Below, piece after piece: positions 29,425-47,136 of a stretch of 64,000 nucleotides of DNA (the stretch's first letter is position 1; the number at the start of each line of letters is the position of its first letter). The notes under the pieces were generated by a model that ran no database searches, was not told where the DNA came from, and worked only from the letters and a program-made list of their open reading frames with translations. The stretch is from NCBI RefSeq assembly GCF_009914755.1, contig NC_060930.1. The stretch is one strand, 5' to 3'. The position numbers and the translations under genes were made by a program. The DNA comes from the human T2T-CHM13v2.0 reference genome, Homo sapiens.

Positions 29425-29710
29425 CAATAGAAGACATTTTAGGCAGGCTTATGCTGTCCACAGAGGCACTCAGCCACGGTTTTCCTTACAGGGAATATCA
29501 TATGTTTCAATTGGGGTTTACTCGAATCTTAATCTTGTCCAGACAGACACACCTCCCAGTTTAGGATCTTCCTTTCTGCCTCTCATCAGCTCTACCTTGG
29601 TTCCTTTATTTTGCAAGCTCCTCTGCAACCACCCTCTGTCACTCTTTGTGTCTAAAAGACAAAATGTGTCTAAAATCTAGGCAAGTGGAGGTCTTTTATA
29701 AAGCATTTGA

Positions 29711-30034
<324 letters not shown>

Positions 30035-30084
30035 TAAAATGCAATTTTCTTACATGAAGCCAAAATACATTAAAAACTGTATTA

Positions 30085-30328
30085 TGCCAGGCGCGGTGGC
30101 TCACGCCTGTAATCCCAGCACTTTGGGAGACTGAAGTGGGTGGATCACCTAAGGTCAGGAGTTCGAGACCAGCCTGGCCAACATGGTCAAACCCCTGTAA
30201 TCCCAGCTACTGGGGAGGCTGAGGCAGGGAGAATTGCTTGAACCAGGGAGGCGGAGGTTGCTGTGAGACAAGATCGCGCCACTGTACTCCAGCCTGGGGG
30301 ACAAAGTGAGATTCCTTCTAAAAAAAAT
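30085..30328 (+). mobile_element. Alu (AluS) lacking the A-rich linker
   Basis: Junction 'aaacccc|tgtaatcccagc'; degenerate TSD aaaaactgtatta/aaaaattgtgtta. Confidence 0.93.
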
Positions 30329-30631
30329 TGTGTTATAATTAAAATGCAGCATAGAACTTAGAAATAATATATAGTTTTCTTCTAGATGCCAATGACTCCA
30401 AAAGGTATTTTAAAAATTTCTATTTGGAAGCTTACAATATAATAATCTAGGTAAATGATTTATAATTGTTGGTACGCATACTGTTGTTAAACAACAACAA
30501 CAAAAATCTGGCCATTATAGAATGCTCGAGAAATTACAAACATACACAAAGAAGAAAACAAAAATAATCTTCATCCCACCACCCTGAGATAATCCTTGTA
30601 ACATTTGTGAATAGGATATTCACTGATCTTC

Positions 30632-30633
<2 letters not shown>

Positions 30634-30664
<31 letters not shown>

Positions 30665-30681
30665 ACGTGTGCATGCACACA
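30634..30681. repeat. (GT)n microsatellite within a 48-nt alternating purine/pyrimidine tract
   Basis: (GT)14 followed by gcacgtgtgcatgcacaca. Confidence 0.95.
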
Positions 30682-31774
30682 AAATTGAAATGATTTTAAC
30701 ATGGAGGGCACTTGCATACATTCCCAAAACAAACTCTGTTTTCATATTTATTGACTTTTTCTTTAAGATACAGATAAAACTATAATAATACTAAAAATAC
30801 TAAATACTACTACTAACTACAGTATTAGATTAGATACTTTAACATGCCCATAAAAATGATGGTATTAGACCTGGATAGAAAGGCTTTTTCTTTAATTAAA
30901 ACAATGTAAAAGTGATAACTCCTCAATACTGTTTTGACAATGTTTTTCTCTATTTAAGTCATATGACCACACACCCTGGGGGTTTGGAAGAAAACATAAA
31001 TTTTATGAGAGTCGGGTCACAACGAAAACAAACAAAGAATTCAAGAATAATCTGTCGAGTTTCACACTGTCATGCTTACAACTTCACAGCAAACCTTTGG
31101 GATTAAATTGTGACATTTCCAGGCTGAGGATCCAGAGCTCGAAACCCTCCTCCTGTTTTATTTCACTGATGTTTGAAGAATGTTGGTGGTCTTGTAAGAG
31201 AACCTGAAGAGAGGGAGGAAATAGTCAACATTAGGGAATAATCTAGGGAAAGTAAAATATGATTTCCTTTCTTCTACCAGAAAGTATAGCTGATCAGCCA
31301 AGATTAGGTTTTCTTTGTGCAAGGCCGTTTCCTGGGGTGCAGAAAGAAAATATTAAAACTCTTCATTAAAAAAATTATAGCTTCTATATATGTATAGTTC
31401 TATATACTTTACAATATATGTTAATATAGTAGGGCATTATACATATTTTATAAACTAACAGGTATATGTATATGGGGAGCTAACTGAACTCATATTCGTG
31501 TATATTTGGGGATGTGTATACTCAAAAGCCTTTTCAGGAGAGGAGTGCACCATCCAAACAGATCGCCGCTTATCTTCCCTCAAAATCATTTCTTTATTGG
31601 AGTCTTGCAAGGGATTTTATTACATGGCGGAGAATCACATCCTCACTGGAAGATGCTCTGAAATTGCTTTTTATATGTGTCTTTTTGACAACTGAACTAA
31701 TTATTGAATGGAGTCGGTAGAGGAAGGGGGCCTGTGGCCCCCGCCCTTTCTCCAGGCCAAGTGAGAACAGATTC

Positions 31775-32180
31775 CTTCACTAGTTCAGCATTGATCAAGG
31801 CCATTCTCCATGAGCACCATTGAGTACTGTGAGGGAAACAGAGATGACTAAGACATGGTTCCGGTGATAATCAATAATTGAAGGAAAAGTGAAACTCTGT
31901 ACTGGAAATATGGGCTGGGTGCTGGGGAAGTGCTGAGGAGGGAGCACTTAGTTCACACTGGAACTGTCAGGGAGGTTTCGAAACAGGAGATTTCCGTGGG
32001 CAATCCGGAGAGCTGGCAGCCCTGGATAAGGAACCAAATAGAGCTATGGAGGTGTGGGAAGTATTTAGTCTGTTGGAAAAAGCAAATTGTTCAAACAGGT
32101 GGGATCCCAGGCTATTTAGAGTAACAGAAAGAGCCATAGATGGGACTGGAAAGGAGATTATGGGGGTTCTTGAACATTGT
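31775..32180 (-). mobile_element. L2 fragment (degenerate)
   Basis: 'gggaaacagagatgactaagacatggttcc' and 'agagccatagatggg' antisense L2-like motifs. Confidence 0.45.
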
Positions 32181-32246
32181 GCTGAAGAGTCCAAATAGTA
32201 GCTCTGTAAGATGGTTAGCATCATCCTCATTAAAAAAAAAAAAAAA

Positions 32247-32400
32247 TTTTTTTTTAGATGGGGTTGCACTCTCTTGCCTAGGCGGGAGTGCAGTGGTGCA
32301 ATCATGGCTTCCTGTAGCCTCAAACTCCTGGGCTCAAGGCATCCTCCTGCCTCAGCCTCCCGAGTAGCTGGGACTAGAGGTGAATGCCACCATGCCTGCC
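32247..32400 (-). mobile_element. Alu right-monomer fragment (AluJ/FRAM-like)
   Basis: 'atcatggcttcctgtagcctcaaactcctgggctcaag'. Confidence 0.88.
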
Positions 32401-32403
32401 TAG

Positions 32404-32500
32404 CATCCCCATGTCTACACATGAAAAAACTGAGGCTCAGAGAAGCTCAAAGTCACAATGCAGGTATACTGCAGAGCTGGCCTCAAATCCAACATTTTTT
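32404..32500 (-). mobile_element. MIR fragment
   Basis: 'atgaaaaaactgaggctcagaga'. Confidence 0.65.
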
Positions 32501-32897
32501 CCACTTTTAATTTATAACAGAAGTATAAAAACAAAGATGCAATATAAAATGCTTTTGTGCATTATTGGTTAATTGTCATGTGCATTTAGAAGAGGTAAGC
32601 TGAACCAACTAATAAGACTTTATAGCTGTATTATCAGTCCTTTTAAATTAATATATTTGAAAATCTGCTATAGTGCCCACAATTGCAGCTGTTAAAGAGT
32701 TAATGACAGACACTGAAACCAGCGTGGCCTTCACGTGCCTGGTGTCTGAAGCAGTGCCCGAACCATAGCAGGTGCTCCATGAATGCAAAGGAAATAAAAC
32801 CGATTCCATTTTTATTTTAAAGTCAATTAAATTTGAATTCAATCAAGAAAGTTGATTAGAAGTTGATTAGAAGATGCATGCACACAAATACATTTGA

Positions 32898-33590
<693 letters not shown>

Positions 33591-34089
33591 TTCTATTTTA
33601 ATTTTTTAAAACTCTGTTACACTTCAGACAGATAGTCATTTTGTTGGCTAGCCTTTCTAGCTCATGAAACCTGTGACTATGTTCTATAGCCATATAATTT
33701 CCTCAAGCTTTGAACATTAAAATTAAATACAGAATAATCCTGCAGATATGGATACTTTCAGCTCAGCTGTTTCCTGTCTGTGAAAATATCACAATTTATT
33801 TAATAACTGATGTCAGAATAGGTTTCAAGCAACCTATAGAATAGTAATGAAGCTGGGTTTAAACAAATGTGTCTGTTTATATTTAATTCCCTCCACTTTC
33901 TGATAGAATGAACAGTTTTATTAGAAAATAATCAGTGTGTGGATCTCTTTTCTACACACTGTTTCCACCTTAACTACCTAGACCCTCTTAATCTCCGTGA
34001 TTCTCATTGAATTGGGTTCTTAACAGATAACAATGAATTTTAAGTACAGTGGGTACCGCATTCTTCATTCTGTGGGGTAACTGATTTGA

Positions 34090-34195
34090 TGGAACAATAG
34101 ATTTGGAGTTCCAATCTGGGGCGGAGTGCAGAATTTACAGAAAAAAATAGATAACTCGGCAAAATAAACAATATCTTTCGAGGACTTATAATTCC
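34090..34195 (+). promoter_or_regulatory. Candidate promoter/enhancer motif cluster
   Basis: AACAAT 34093, CCAAT 34111, GGGGCGGAG 34118, AGATAA 34149, AATAAACA 34163, TATAAT 34187 in unique DNA. Confidence 0.35.
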
Positions 34196-34281
34196 CTCTC
34201 CAGAAAGGGCTGGCAGAGTCATTCTTTTGCTATGTATCTTATTTTGTTAGAGACATAAATCTCAGTTATAAAATCAGTTGA

Positions 34282-34576
34282 GGCCGGGCACGGTGGCTCA
34301 CATCTGTAATCCCAGCACTTTGGGAGGCCAAGGCAGGCGGATCACTAGGTCAAGAGATCGAGACCATCCTGTCCAACATGGTGAAACCCCCGTCTCTACT
34401 AAAAATACAAAACTTAGCTGGGCATGGTGGCGGGTGCCTGTAGTCCCAGCTACTCAGGAGGCTGAGGCAGGAGAATCACTTGAACCCAGGAGGCGGAGCT
34501 TGCAGTGAGCCAAGATTGCACCATTGCACTCTAGCCTGGGCGACAGAGTGAGACTCCATCTCAAAAAAAAAAAAAA
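34282..34576 (+). mobile_element. Alu (AluSc-like)
   Basis: 'ggtcaagagatcgagaccatcc'; TSD aaaatca(g/t)ttga. Confidence 0.95.
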
Positions 34577-35161
34577 ATCATTTGAGGACTGTGTTATGCA
34601 ACTTTATAAACCACATGCTTGAGAGCTTCACAAAGTTTCCCTACAGTCGGAGAATCCTACTCATCCCCCTTCGCTCAGGAATTTTTCATTAGAGGCTTGA
34701 GGCATGTGAGTTAATAGGGTTCATGATCCCCATTCTGTTTTTCCTCTAAGCAGGTCTCCTAAGAGCATTAATTTGTGCATTCTATTTCAATAGAGACTTT
34801 AACACAAAAAAAGGTCAAATTATTACCCACATAATTTTTGTCACTTATTAGAAAAGTCTCAGTTGTCAAGTCCCTTTTCACCTGAGAAGTTCATGTGAGA
34901 TGAGTTCCAACTTCTTTGCAGTGATCCGTGCTGATATTCAGCATTCTGGAAATTCTGCATGCAAATCTCAACCTGTAGGTGAAAGTTACCTTTTAAACTT
35001 CAACTCCCCCTTCAATAAAGACAATTTTCAACCTTTCTGGTAACAGACATTAGTTAAATTCTAACAGTCTAATTTTTTTGTTGTTTGTTTTTGTATCAGC
35101 CATACAACATCCCCAAATGGTTTGCTTTTCTAATAAAAATGAATTTTTTTTCTTGGCTGGG

Positions 35162-35287
35162 TTTTTTTTTTCTCTCTCTCTCTCTCTTTTCTATGTTGCT
35201 CAGGCTGGTCATGAACTCCTGGCCTCAAGTGATTCCCCTGCTTTCCAAAGTGCTGGTATTACAGGCATGAGCCACCATGCCCAGCCT
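35162..35287 (-). mobile_element. Alu left-monomer fragment (FLAM_C-like)
   Basis: 'tatgttgctcaggctggtc...caaagtgctggtattacaggcatgagccacc'. Confidence 0.85.
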
Positions 35288-36602
35288 TAAAAAAGAAATT
35301 TTTAAAATGCAAATATTCCCTACTGTCATGGGCTTCTATTTGAAGGCAAGAGTCCAAAGGTCTTTACAGAGGGTCTCCTGCAGTTTGCTGGACCGCAGCC
35401 AGTCACTATGGAGGAAGAATAGGGTGGGAGGACTCAGGGTATCCCCACCGGCCCCTCTTTCCTGCCCAGTGGAGCCGACAATCCTAGGTCAAACTGTGGG
35501 TCCTGCAAAATTCTACAGAAAACCCTGATTAGAGGCCTAAAGAATAAATCCACTGATTTACAAGAGGCTTTCCCTGACCTCATAGGGTGATTTAGAGGGG
35601 GCCCAGAGATGTCATTCACATTTAAAGAAAAAACGCAACTTGAGTCTTGTAGCTTGAGTCTCAGGCTGGACTGCACTTATTCAAGTGCCCTCTTGTTCCT
35701 TCTCATCATGGTCTCCTCAGATGCCAGGTGTGGGCCTCCAGCTATTTGGTCCAATACTTAGCAAGAGTGATTGTCTGTATCCTCTTAGTGGTACCCTCTG
35801 TGCTGCTTGGGTCTGAAGTTGGAAGGGTGATATTGAGGCAAAACCCCAGAGCAGCTTGTTGACTTTGTTTCCACTGGCTTCTCCTCGTGTTTTGGTTGAC
35901 TTGGTCAACATCGTTCCTCCCAGCATTCAAGACTCCATATAGAGCACCATTCAAAACCTGTTCTGTCTTCAGGGAACTTTCATTGCAGGTGGTTTTCTAC
36001 TGAGGGAGAAGGTAGGAGAAGTGTTCAGATGCTCTAAAAATTCAAGTTCCCCAAAAGCAAAGGATCTTGCCACATCATGACTTTTTCCTAATGAGCCTCT
36101 CTTTGCAGGGGAAAGAGTAGTTCTGATTGAAAGGCAAAATCTCTCCCTTCCAAGAAGGAAGCTCAAATCAGATCATTTTACTTCTCTGCTAGACACCTTC
36201 TCATCCTTTCACATCTTAGTAAAAACCAGTGATTAAAATGGTGCTGTCTCTGCATGATAGGGTCTTTTGGCACCTCTCAGGCCTCATGCCTCCTCCTTCT
36301 TTCTGACCCCATTCCAGCCTCAGTGGCCTCCTCACGGTCCCTCCAGCATGGCCAGCACGCCCCTGCCTCTGGTCTTTGCACATGCTGTGCCCCCTGCCTG
36401 AAATGCTGTTCTGCACATCTCTGCAGAGCTCTTTCCATGGCATCTTCCAGTCTTCATTCAACTGCCACCCTCCCAAGTGACACCTTCCCTGACCATCCCA
36501 TCTAAAATTACACATATAACTCCCATCCTCCCCTAACACTCTTTCCATCCTCTTCTGTGCTTTACATTTATTCTTAGCACCCATAACTGTCTTATGTACT
36601 AT

Positions 36603-37455
<853 letters not shown>

Positions 37456-37514
37456 TGAACGTGGGGTGAACAATGAATGCCTGAACAAAGAATAAAGTGA
37501 GGACCATTTGTGGC

Positions 37515-37815
<301 letters not shown>

Positions 37816-38332
37816 TATGGCCATTCTTGACTATCCTCAGCCAAGGGCACCCAGCTCATGCTTTCCCGAGGGCCACATGGTTCTCGCAGCACCCCGCAGA
37901 AGATCAGAGGTGCTGCCCAGACTCTGGTTGTGCTCCTGAGAAACTGAGTCTTCTGCATCCTCTTATCATTGGCCATTGACCTGGCTGGAGATGCAAACTG
38001 TGTTCCTTGGCTTTTTGTATGCATAAACTGAATGTTTGAAGCCTCACCTTCCTTTGGATACAGATGAAATCATATTTAATGAAATATAAATCATAATAAC
38101 TCTCAGCCCCCCTCCACCCCGCATAATTGCAGGAACTCTACGCATCCCCCCCGCCCCAGCTTTCTGTTCATGTTCTTCCATGCCAAACTCGCTAAGGCAC
38201 TTGTCAGTGCCCCTGAGAAAGGTCCCCACTATGCCTAGCCCCTGAACCACTGGGAGTCTCTGCCCAGCACCAGAGCTCCTTCATGGGCTCTAGAGGCGCG
38301 AGGGGAGGAAAGCAGCAAGCTGTTTCTGCTAG

Positions 38333-39447
<1,115 letters not shown>

Positions 39448-40095
39448 CTTGGACTCACAAAGTCTTTAGGTGACCATAACTACTTTTGGGCCTGGGCCTG
39501 CACTTTCCAATTACACAGCTTATAGGCAAACCCTCCAGCTGGTGGGAGAGTAGAGAACTTGCATTCTCTTCTTGCTCCCCTCTTCCCCTTCTCCTTCTAG
39601 GCGTTCGTGCAAAATAATACCCTTTGACTCCTGCACCCGACACAGATGTTTCTGGAGTTGTCGTCCATGTGCCAGAAGTTCCTAGTCTGTGACCTTATAG
39701 GACACCTTGCAATTCATTCTCATTGTGTTTAGACGATCCCTTCATATGCTAGTCCATTCTTGGTTTCTGGCTCCTAAGTTCACTCATTGTTTATCAGGGG
39801 GCAATTCTTATTCACCCCTTACTTACTCCTTGGGAGAGTAAGAATTGCCTTCTAGAAACATAACACCAATTCTCTCAAGGCTTTCTAGGAAAATCTGCTA
39901 TAGACTTCTGTACATAAACCCACTTCTTTCTTTCTTTACTCATAAGCTCACTGATGGAGCATAAACCAGCCCACCCCTACTGGAGTTAAGGTCACTTCCT
40001 TCTTGGAAAATCAATATTTTTCTTTTATATCACAAATTAAGAGTTTCCTCATAGAGAAAAAAATTATCCTAAAGCCTAAAGTCATCCTGCTTTAC

Positions 40096-40405
<310 letters not shown>

Positions 40406-41789
40406 CTGTTTTACTCTTAAGATCTCAAATTATGACCTTTCCATATTCCTTCCATCCATTTTAGTCCCCCATTTATGAGGGTCCCCACACCCTCATAAAC
40501 CTTCCATTTGTGACACTCTCTGATTGGAAAAATATGAATGTTAACAAAATAATGTCCCGCCTTCAAAAGGGAATGTGTTGTGTTCAGCATCCTTTAATGA
40601 TTTGGTTGTAGCCTGAAGATGCCTATTAGATGTAAGCAATAGAAGTAGGAGATAATGTTGTGGGAAGTGACCAATGTTTGGTGCCCACCTTAGAATCATG
40701 AAAGAGAGTAGTTCCTGTTCTAATTCCTGAGCAGTGAGCTACACATAGCTGTTTCTAAGGGTAAGAGGTCTTGAGGCCGCTCCTCCCGACAACCTGCCTC
40801 ACCGTGCACCGTGCATACTGAGTCTCCTGGTCCTTTGCACATTGCTTTGCACACTTATCCTGCTTTGCCGTAGCTTTAGGACAAACAAGTTTGCTGAAGC
40901 TTCCAACGTGTACTTCTCTTTGAAAATGGCTCAAAGCTGAAAAAACATTAAGGATCAACTGTTCTCAGAGGAAGAAAAAGAAAAATATGCAGGGTTTGTC
41001 ACTGCCAGGAAAAGTGTTCCTAAACTTTCACCCAGAATTATATACTGTGCTTTCATAAAGGCTGTTCCTAAACAGCTCCGGCTGGTTCTCACACAGCAAC
41101 AAGACAGCCTGTCATTGAGACGGCAGACCACTTCTAAACCCCTTCTCCAGGAACCTGCAGGCTGCAGGCCAGTTCCAGTTAAAGCCCTTTACTAGGTAGT
41201 GGCCTGGTCTGCTGCTTCCAGGCTCAATTCAAAGTCCATAACTTTTAGAAATAAATGTTTCTTGTGGAAAGGGTTGCTGTCTTAAGGTTGCCGCTTCCAG
41301 AATCTGTTTTTACTGAAAATGTGAACTGTTTTTATTATCAAATGTCTTTAAAGCCTTGTGACCTGAAACAAAGTATCACAAAGGTTTGAATGTTATAAAC
41401 TGAAAAACAGAAAACGGGCATACTTCAGCATTTTAACACATGAAAATGTCAATCTGTAGTTAAGGCTCAAATTTTCAATAGCTTCAGTGGCTGACACAGA
41501 TTCTACTTGGAATCGCTGCTGATTTATTTATCCTGGAATAAATGCAATGCCATTATATCTTGGTGACAACAGAAACAAGCTTTGGCCAGGTCTGTGCATA
41601 GTTTAGGGATGAAGAAAATAAGTTTTGAAAGGCAATGGGCATTGCTGATTATAGGTTTTTATTAGGAACAGATGTGGGGCTCTGGTTTTTAGTGGTAGAT
41701 AAACTGTTATTGAAACAAGTCAGCTGACTAAAAACCATAATGTCTTCTTTTTTAGGAAAGAAAAATATTAACAAATTGAATTCATAATC

Positions 41790-42124
<335 letters not shown>

Positions 42125-42519
42125 TGATCACCCACTCCAGGCTATAACATATCTCCAGGCTAAAGCTGAGGTTTAGGAAGTAATTATAACAACCTCTTTT
42201 ACCACCATGCTTAAGCTTCAGATCTCTCCACTTTAAATTTGTTTATGGCTGTCCCCTTTGGACAGTTTTCTCCTCTTAGGGTATATTGATTCTAATGCCA
42301 AGTTATATACTGTGTGATCATTTTATGTATTCCAGGGCTGTCATTTTTCTTTCTTTAAGGAAAGTGTAAACGTTTTGGGTCACTTGCTGCCCTATTTTGG
42401 GATGGGTCAGCTAAAAGGGAGATTTTAGACATTGTGGATCATTTCCATTTCTCTCTGACATCCACCTTTGCTCCCAGCCATTTACTGAGATCCCTCCATT
42501 TAAGGATACTCCCTGGAAA

Positions 42520-42743
42520 TTTCAAATGACACTTCTGATCATAGACCATTGGCCACAAGTTGGCATATTCACAAGTGGCATATTCACATGCCCACACCTA
42601 GCTTCAGAGGAGGCTGGGAATTGGAGTTATTCCAATCCAGAATGGTGCTCGCATCAAGCAGCCATGTGGCCAGTTAAAGAATCAGGGCTTCACTTTCTAG
42701 AAGAAGGGAATTGGGTAGTGGGAACATTGGTGGTCTGTAACAC
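42520..42743 (-). mobile_element. Old MLT1 (J/K-like) LTR fragment
   Basis: 'cattggcca...cacatgcccacacctagcttcagaggaggctgggaattg...aatcagggct...gaagaaggg'. Confidence 0.55.
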
Positions 42744-42744
42744 A

Positions 42745-43180
42745 GGCTTGTACCAAATTACTCTCCTATCAACAGAATACGGCAGCTCCTTCTCCTCCAT
42801 GTTTTCATTTAAATTTGATGTTGTCAGACACTTTGATTTTTGTCAATCTGATGGACACTCATTCATTTTTTTTCAAAAAAAGATATATATCCATACCCTG
42901 CTTTCATTCTCTTTGCCTCATAGATAACCATTCGAATGTATTTTAATATATCTTTGTGAATATTGTGCGTACTGTACTTTTTTTGGTATGCATCCATTTT
43001 TTAATTATTTCATAAAATGATCGATTCTACATCTTTTTTCAATAAGCACTGTGTTTTTAGCTTCCATCCGTGTTGCTATTTGTGCATCTACACTTTTGCA
43101 GCTGATCACTAAGTAACACTCTGTGACATTCACCCACGCATTTTACTCTCCCAGTGATGGATGCTCAAGTTGCCTCACTC
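42745..43180 (-). mobile_element. Old L1M fragments
   Basis: 'tgttgtcagacactttgatttttgtcaatctgatgg', 'tccatccgtgttgct', 'ctctcccagtgatgga'. Confidence 0.55.
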
Positions 43181-43199
43181 CCTGACATCCCTTATGCCT

Positions 43200-43325
43200 T
43201 ACAGCAAGCCCGTGTGATAAGTCTTATCATTCCAATTTTACAAATGAGAAAACTGAGGTTCAGAGGGGTTAAAGAATTTGCCCCAGGTTCCATTGTTAGG
43301 AAGAGGGAAAGAGCCAGGAGAAATC
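43200..43325 (-). mobile_element. MIR
   Basis: 'ttttacaaatgagaaaactgaggttcagaggggttaaagaatttgcccc'. Confidence 0.8.
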
Positions 43326-43388
43326 CCCTCGTTAGTTGTTGAAGAGGTGATGCGTCTCTGGTATGAGATCAGAAGTTCCGGCTAAAGT

Positions 43389-43826
<438 letters not shown>

Positions 43827-43992
43827 TCATTGCGTATTTATGCCTTGTGGTTAAATGAGTTTTCAGCCCCTTTCTGGGGGTGTATAGCTCTTGAGGGTTT
43901 AGAGGGCAGTGTATCCTTTGGAACAGAATTCCACTGTGAGTGTATGAAAACCCAAGTAACAGCGGCTTCAACAAGTGGCTATTCAGTTATGC

Positions 43993-44179
43993 AAGTGGTT
44001 CCCAAAGCGTGGTCTCCAACCAGTGGCAGCAGCGTCCTCTGGAAATTTGTTAGGAATACAAGGCTCAGGACCCCACCCCAGACCTTCGGAATCAGACACT
44101 CTCAGGAAGGGCCCATGAATCTGTGTTTTTATGAGACCCCCAGGTGACTCATGTGCCTACTCGGGTTTGAGAGCTACAG
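43993..44179. mobile_element. MER5A (hAT-Charlie)
   Basis: 'agtggttcccaaagcgtggtc...ccccaccccagacct...ggaatcagacactct...atctgtgtttt...ccaggtgactc...gtttgagagctac'. Confidence 0.85.
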
Positions 44180-44252
44180 GGTTATCCTCCATAGCAAAAG
44201 ATCCAGGGTTAGGCAGTCAGGGCTGGCACCATAGTACCAGCAATGCCAATGA

Positions 44253-44649
<397 letters not shown>

Positions 44650-46254
44650 TAGATACCTCATCTGCATTCCAGCTAGAAAAAAAAGGGAAAATCCAGGGTG
44701 GTGCCTATATCAAGAAATCTTTCCCAGAATCCTCTGCTTATGTCTCCCTGAGAGTAAAAGTCACATAGCCATGCCCAGATGCACAGAGTCTGGATAGGTG
44801 AGGATGTGTTAACTGTGCACATTGTCATTGTTCTCTTGCCCCCAGACTGGGACTCTGTTAGTGGGAAGAACAGGGGGATTGATGCCACGTGTAAGCAAAT
44901 CAGCAGGTTCTATTTGTACTTAAAAGCAGAGATGGGAGAAGCCACATTAGAGCAGTAAATAGTCAGGAATGGCTTTAACCTGCTTCGTAATTTTTCTGGA
45001 GGCTGGCCTTAGTGTGAAGATAAGAGATCTAGACTCTTTTCCAGCCTGTACACTTGAAGGAGATTGCTGTTTCACCTGCATGAACAACAGTTGTTTGGAT
45101 TTGTGGCCAGCAGTTTCCTTTTGTCCTTGGAGATCAAGAGAAGTTCCATAATTCACAGCCACTAAATCTGTAACACTAGCCCCAGCACTGAGACTAGATT
45201 CTGTCTTGCAAAAACCACAGAAGTGATTAGCAGAGGGACAGAAACAGATTAAGAAGGGCTTGCTATGCTGAGTTTGTTTACACGAGCTCCCCACCCACCG
45301 CCCAGGAGAAGGGATCATCATTTATTTTTGCCTCTTGGCCTTGAGCCTGTTTTTTGTTTTTTCCCTGAGTATCTCTGCCTGTTGACATACTCTCCAGCTC
45401 AGGGTTTTGTTTTTGTTTTTCACTTATTTTCTAGGTATACTTGGGAATAGACCTCTGAATAGAAAGATAATACGTATTTTTGTCTTAGTCCTCCAAGGAC
45501 TGTCTTGTGAAAAAGAATAACCAGCCCTGCCCTGTCTTAAGCATTGCAAAGTGCAGGGAGCTGGTTGCCCAGTAGCCCGTGGGCATGCTTGGGCCCTCCA
45601 GCCTTCCCTGGAAGGGGTGGGGCCCCTGCAGCTTACAGAAGATCTTTCATGTTTCCTTGCTCCTAGGAGTGGGTTGTGCCCATCAACACTACAGGTGGGT
45701 CCTAGGCAAGTGCCAAACAAGCAGCTGCACAGCCCAGGGACTTTGAGCTGTTTGCAGCTCTCCTCTCTTTGTGCCCCTGCCAACTCACACACACCTGGGA
45801 TTTCACCAGCTGCCTGCCCACTGAGCCCCCTTCCCACCATGTGACCTAATCCTCATTACACCTGCTCCTCTGCAGGGCAGCCAGCCGGTTCCCACCTTGC
45901 CTAAATAAGGCCTGGGGAGGTTTGAACAAGACCTACGCTATTCATGCCTGAAACAGCCAACTCCCACCAGTTTCATGGCAAATTACGAGGGATTGAGGTT
46001 TACTGTGAAGAAAGGCTAGACCTGACAATTAATCAGCCTGGTCATATGGGGATCAAATTAAATTGGACCTGAGGCCTCAGCTCCAAAATGGAATCAAATT
46101 TTCTCTTTTGGCAGGATACGTGCATTGGACTGAGACTACAAACACAGCCTGTCCATCTTCCTTCTTTGCATACAGATATTGGTTTGTAATTTTAAAACAC
46201 AGCAAAGAGGTGAGACAAATACTATAGTTTGAGTTTTTAAAGTGAATGCAGGGC

Positions 46255-46520
46255 TTCTATTCAATTCAGCAAAGATTTATTTTGTCCTTTTCCCTAAGAA
46301 GTCTCTCAGTTAGGTGTTAGGGGTAAAAAGTCTGCATAATACCAGATCTGCATCTTCAGGGAGATCAAAATCCAGTAAAGAAGATAGACATGTTATTAAT
46401 ATAAATTTGACTATTAAGCACAAGAACATAAAGCTATAGAAACCATTAATTGTCATTGGGGATTAGCAATAACTTTGCAGAGAAGATAACATGTGAGCTG
46501 AGTTTTGAAAGATGAGTGGC
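46255..46520 (-). mobile_element. L2 fragment
   Basis: 'tcaattcagcaaagatttatt...ttcaggagatcaaaatccagt...tgagctgagttttgaaagatgagt'. Confidence 0.65.
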
Positions 46521-47136
46521 AGCTTTGTGCTTTCTCTCTTTGGGCAGACACTGTGAAGTGTCCTGCAGTTGGGATATTTTCTTTAATGGTGTCTGACAGT
46601 GTTTTGCACCATTACTGCCTCTCATATTCTGTGCATGAGTATAGTCCAAGGCTAAAAGCGGTAATCACCTTTGGAAACTGCCAACAAACATGAATAACTC
46701 TTCTGGGGCCAACTTTTCTCAAGGAAGTAATAAAAGTACTCTTGTGGCTAATGGCAGTAAGCATGAAAGTCTCTTTCTGGCTCTCTTACTGCCTTGTGAC
46801 TTTGGACATGAAACACAATGTATCAGTCAGTTACCTTTACAAATGTGGGCTCTTTGTGATGGTGTTAATCAACCAGCAAATGAGTTGTAAGCACTTACTA
46901 TGTGCTTGGTGCAATTCATTGCCACTTTTCTGAGTCACAAAAGTGCAGAAAAGATGAAAAATGGGATAGAAAGGATACTAGTTGTAATATATAAGGAGCA
47001 ACTTTGTAATTTTAAAACAGAGTATCAGTTTCAGAAATAACTGGAGTGATCACTAAAGTATTTATGCAGCTTGAAAATTTTAGAATTCTAATAACTTTTA
47101 GTCCTTGCCTCACCTTCTTCACTAGAGATCACCTCC

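Noticed and set aside
32849-32873. Direct repeat aagttgattag x2 (also cacaagt(t)ggcatatt x2 at about 42555-42590)
   Set aside because: Ordinary short slippage duplications with no further structure.
45581-45590. Perfect p53 half-site GGGCATGCTT in a GC-richer unique segment
   Set aside because: No adjacent second half-site; single decamers are common.
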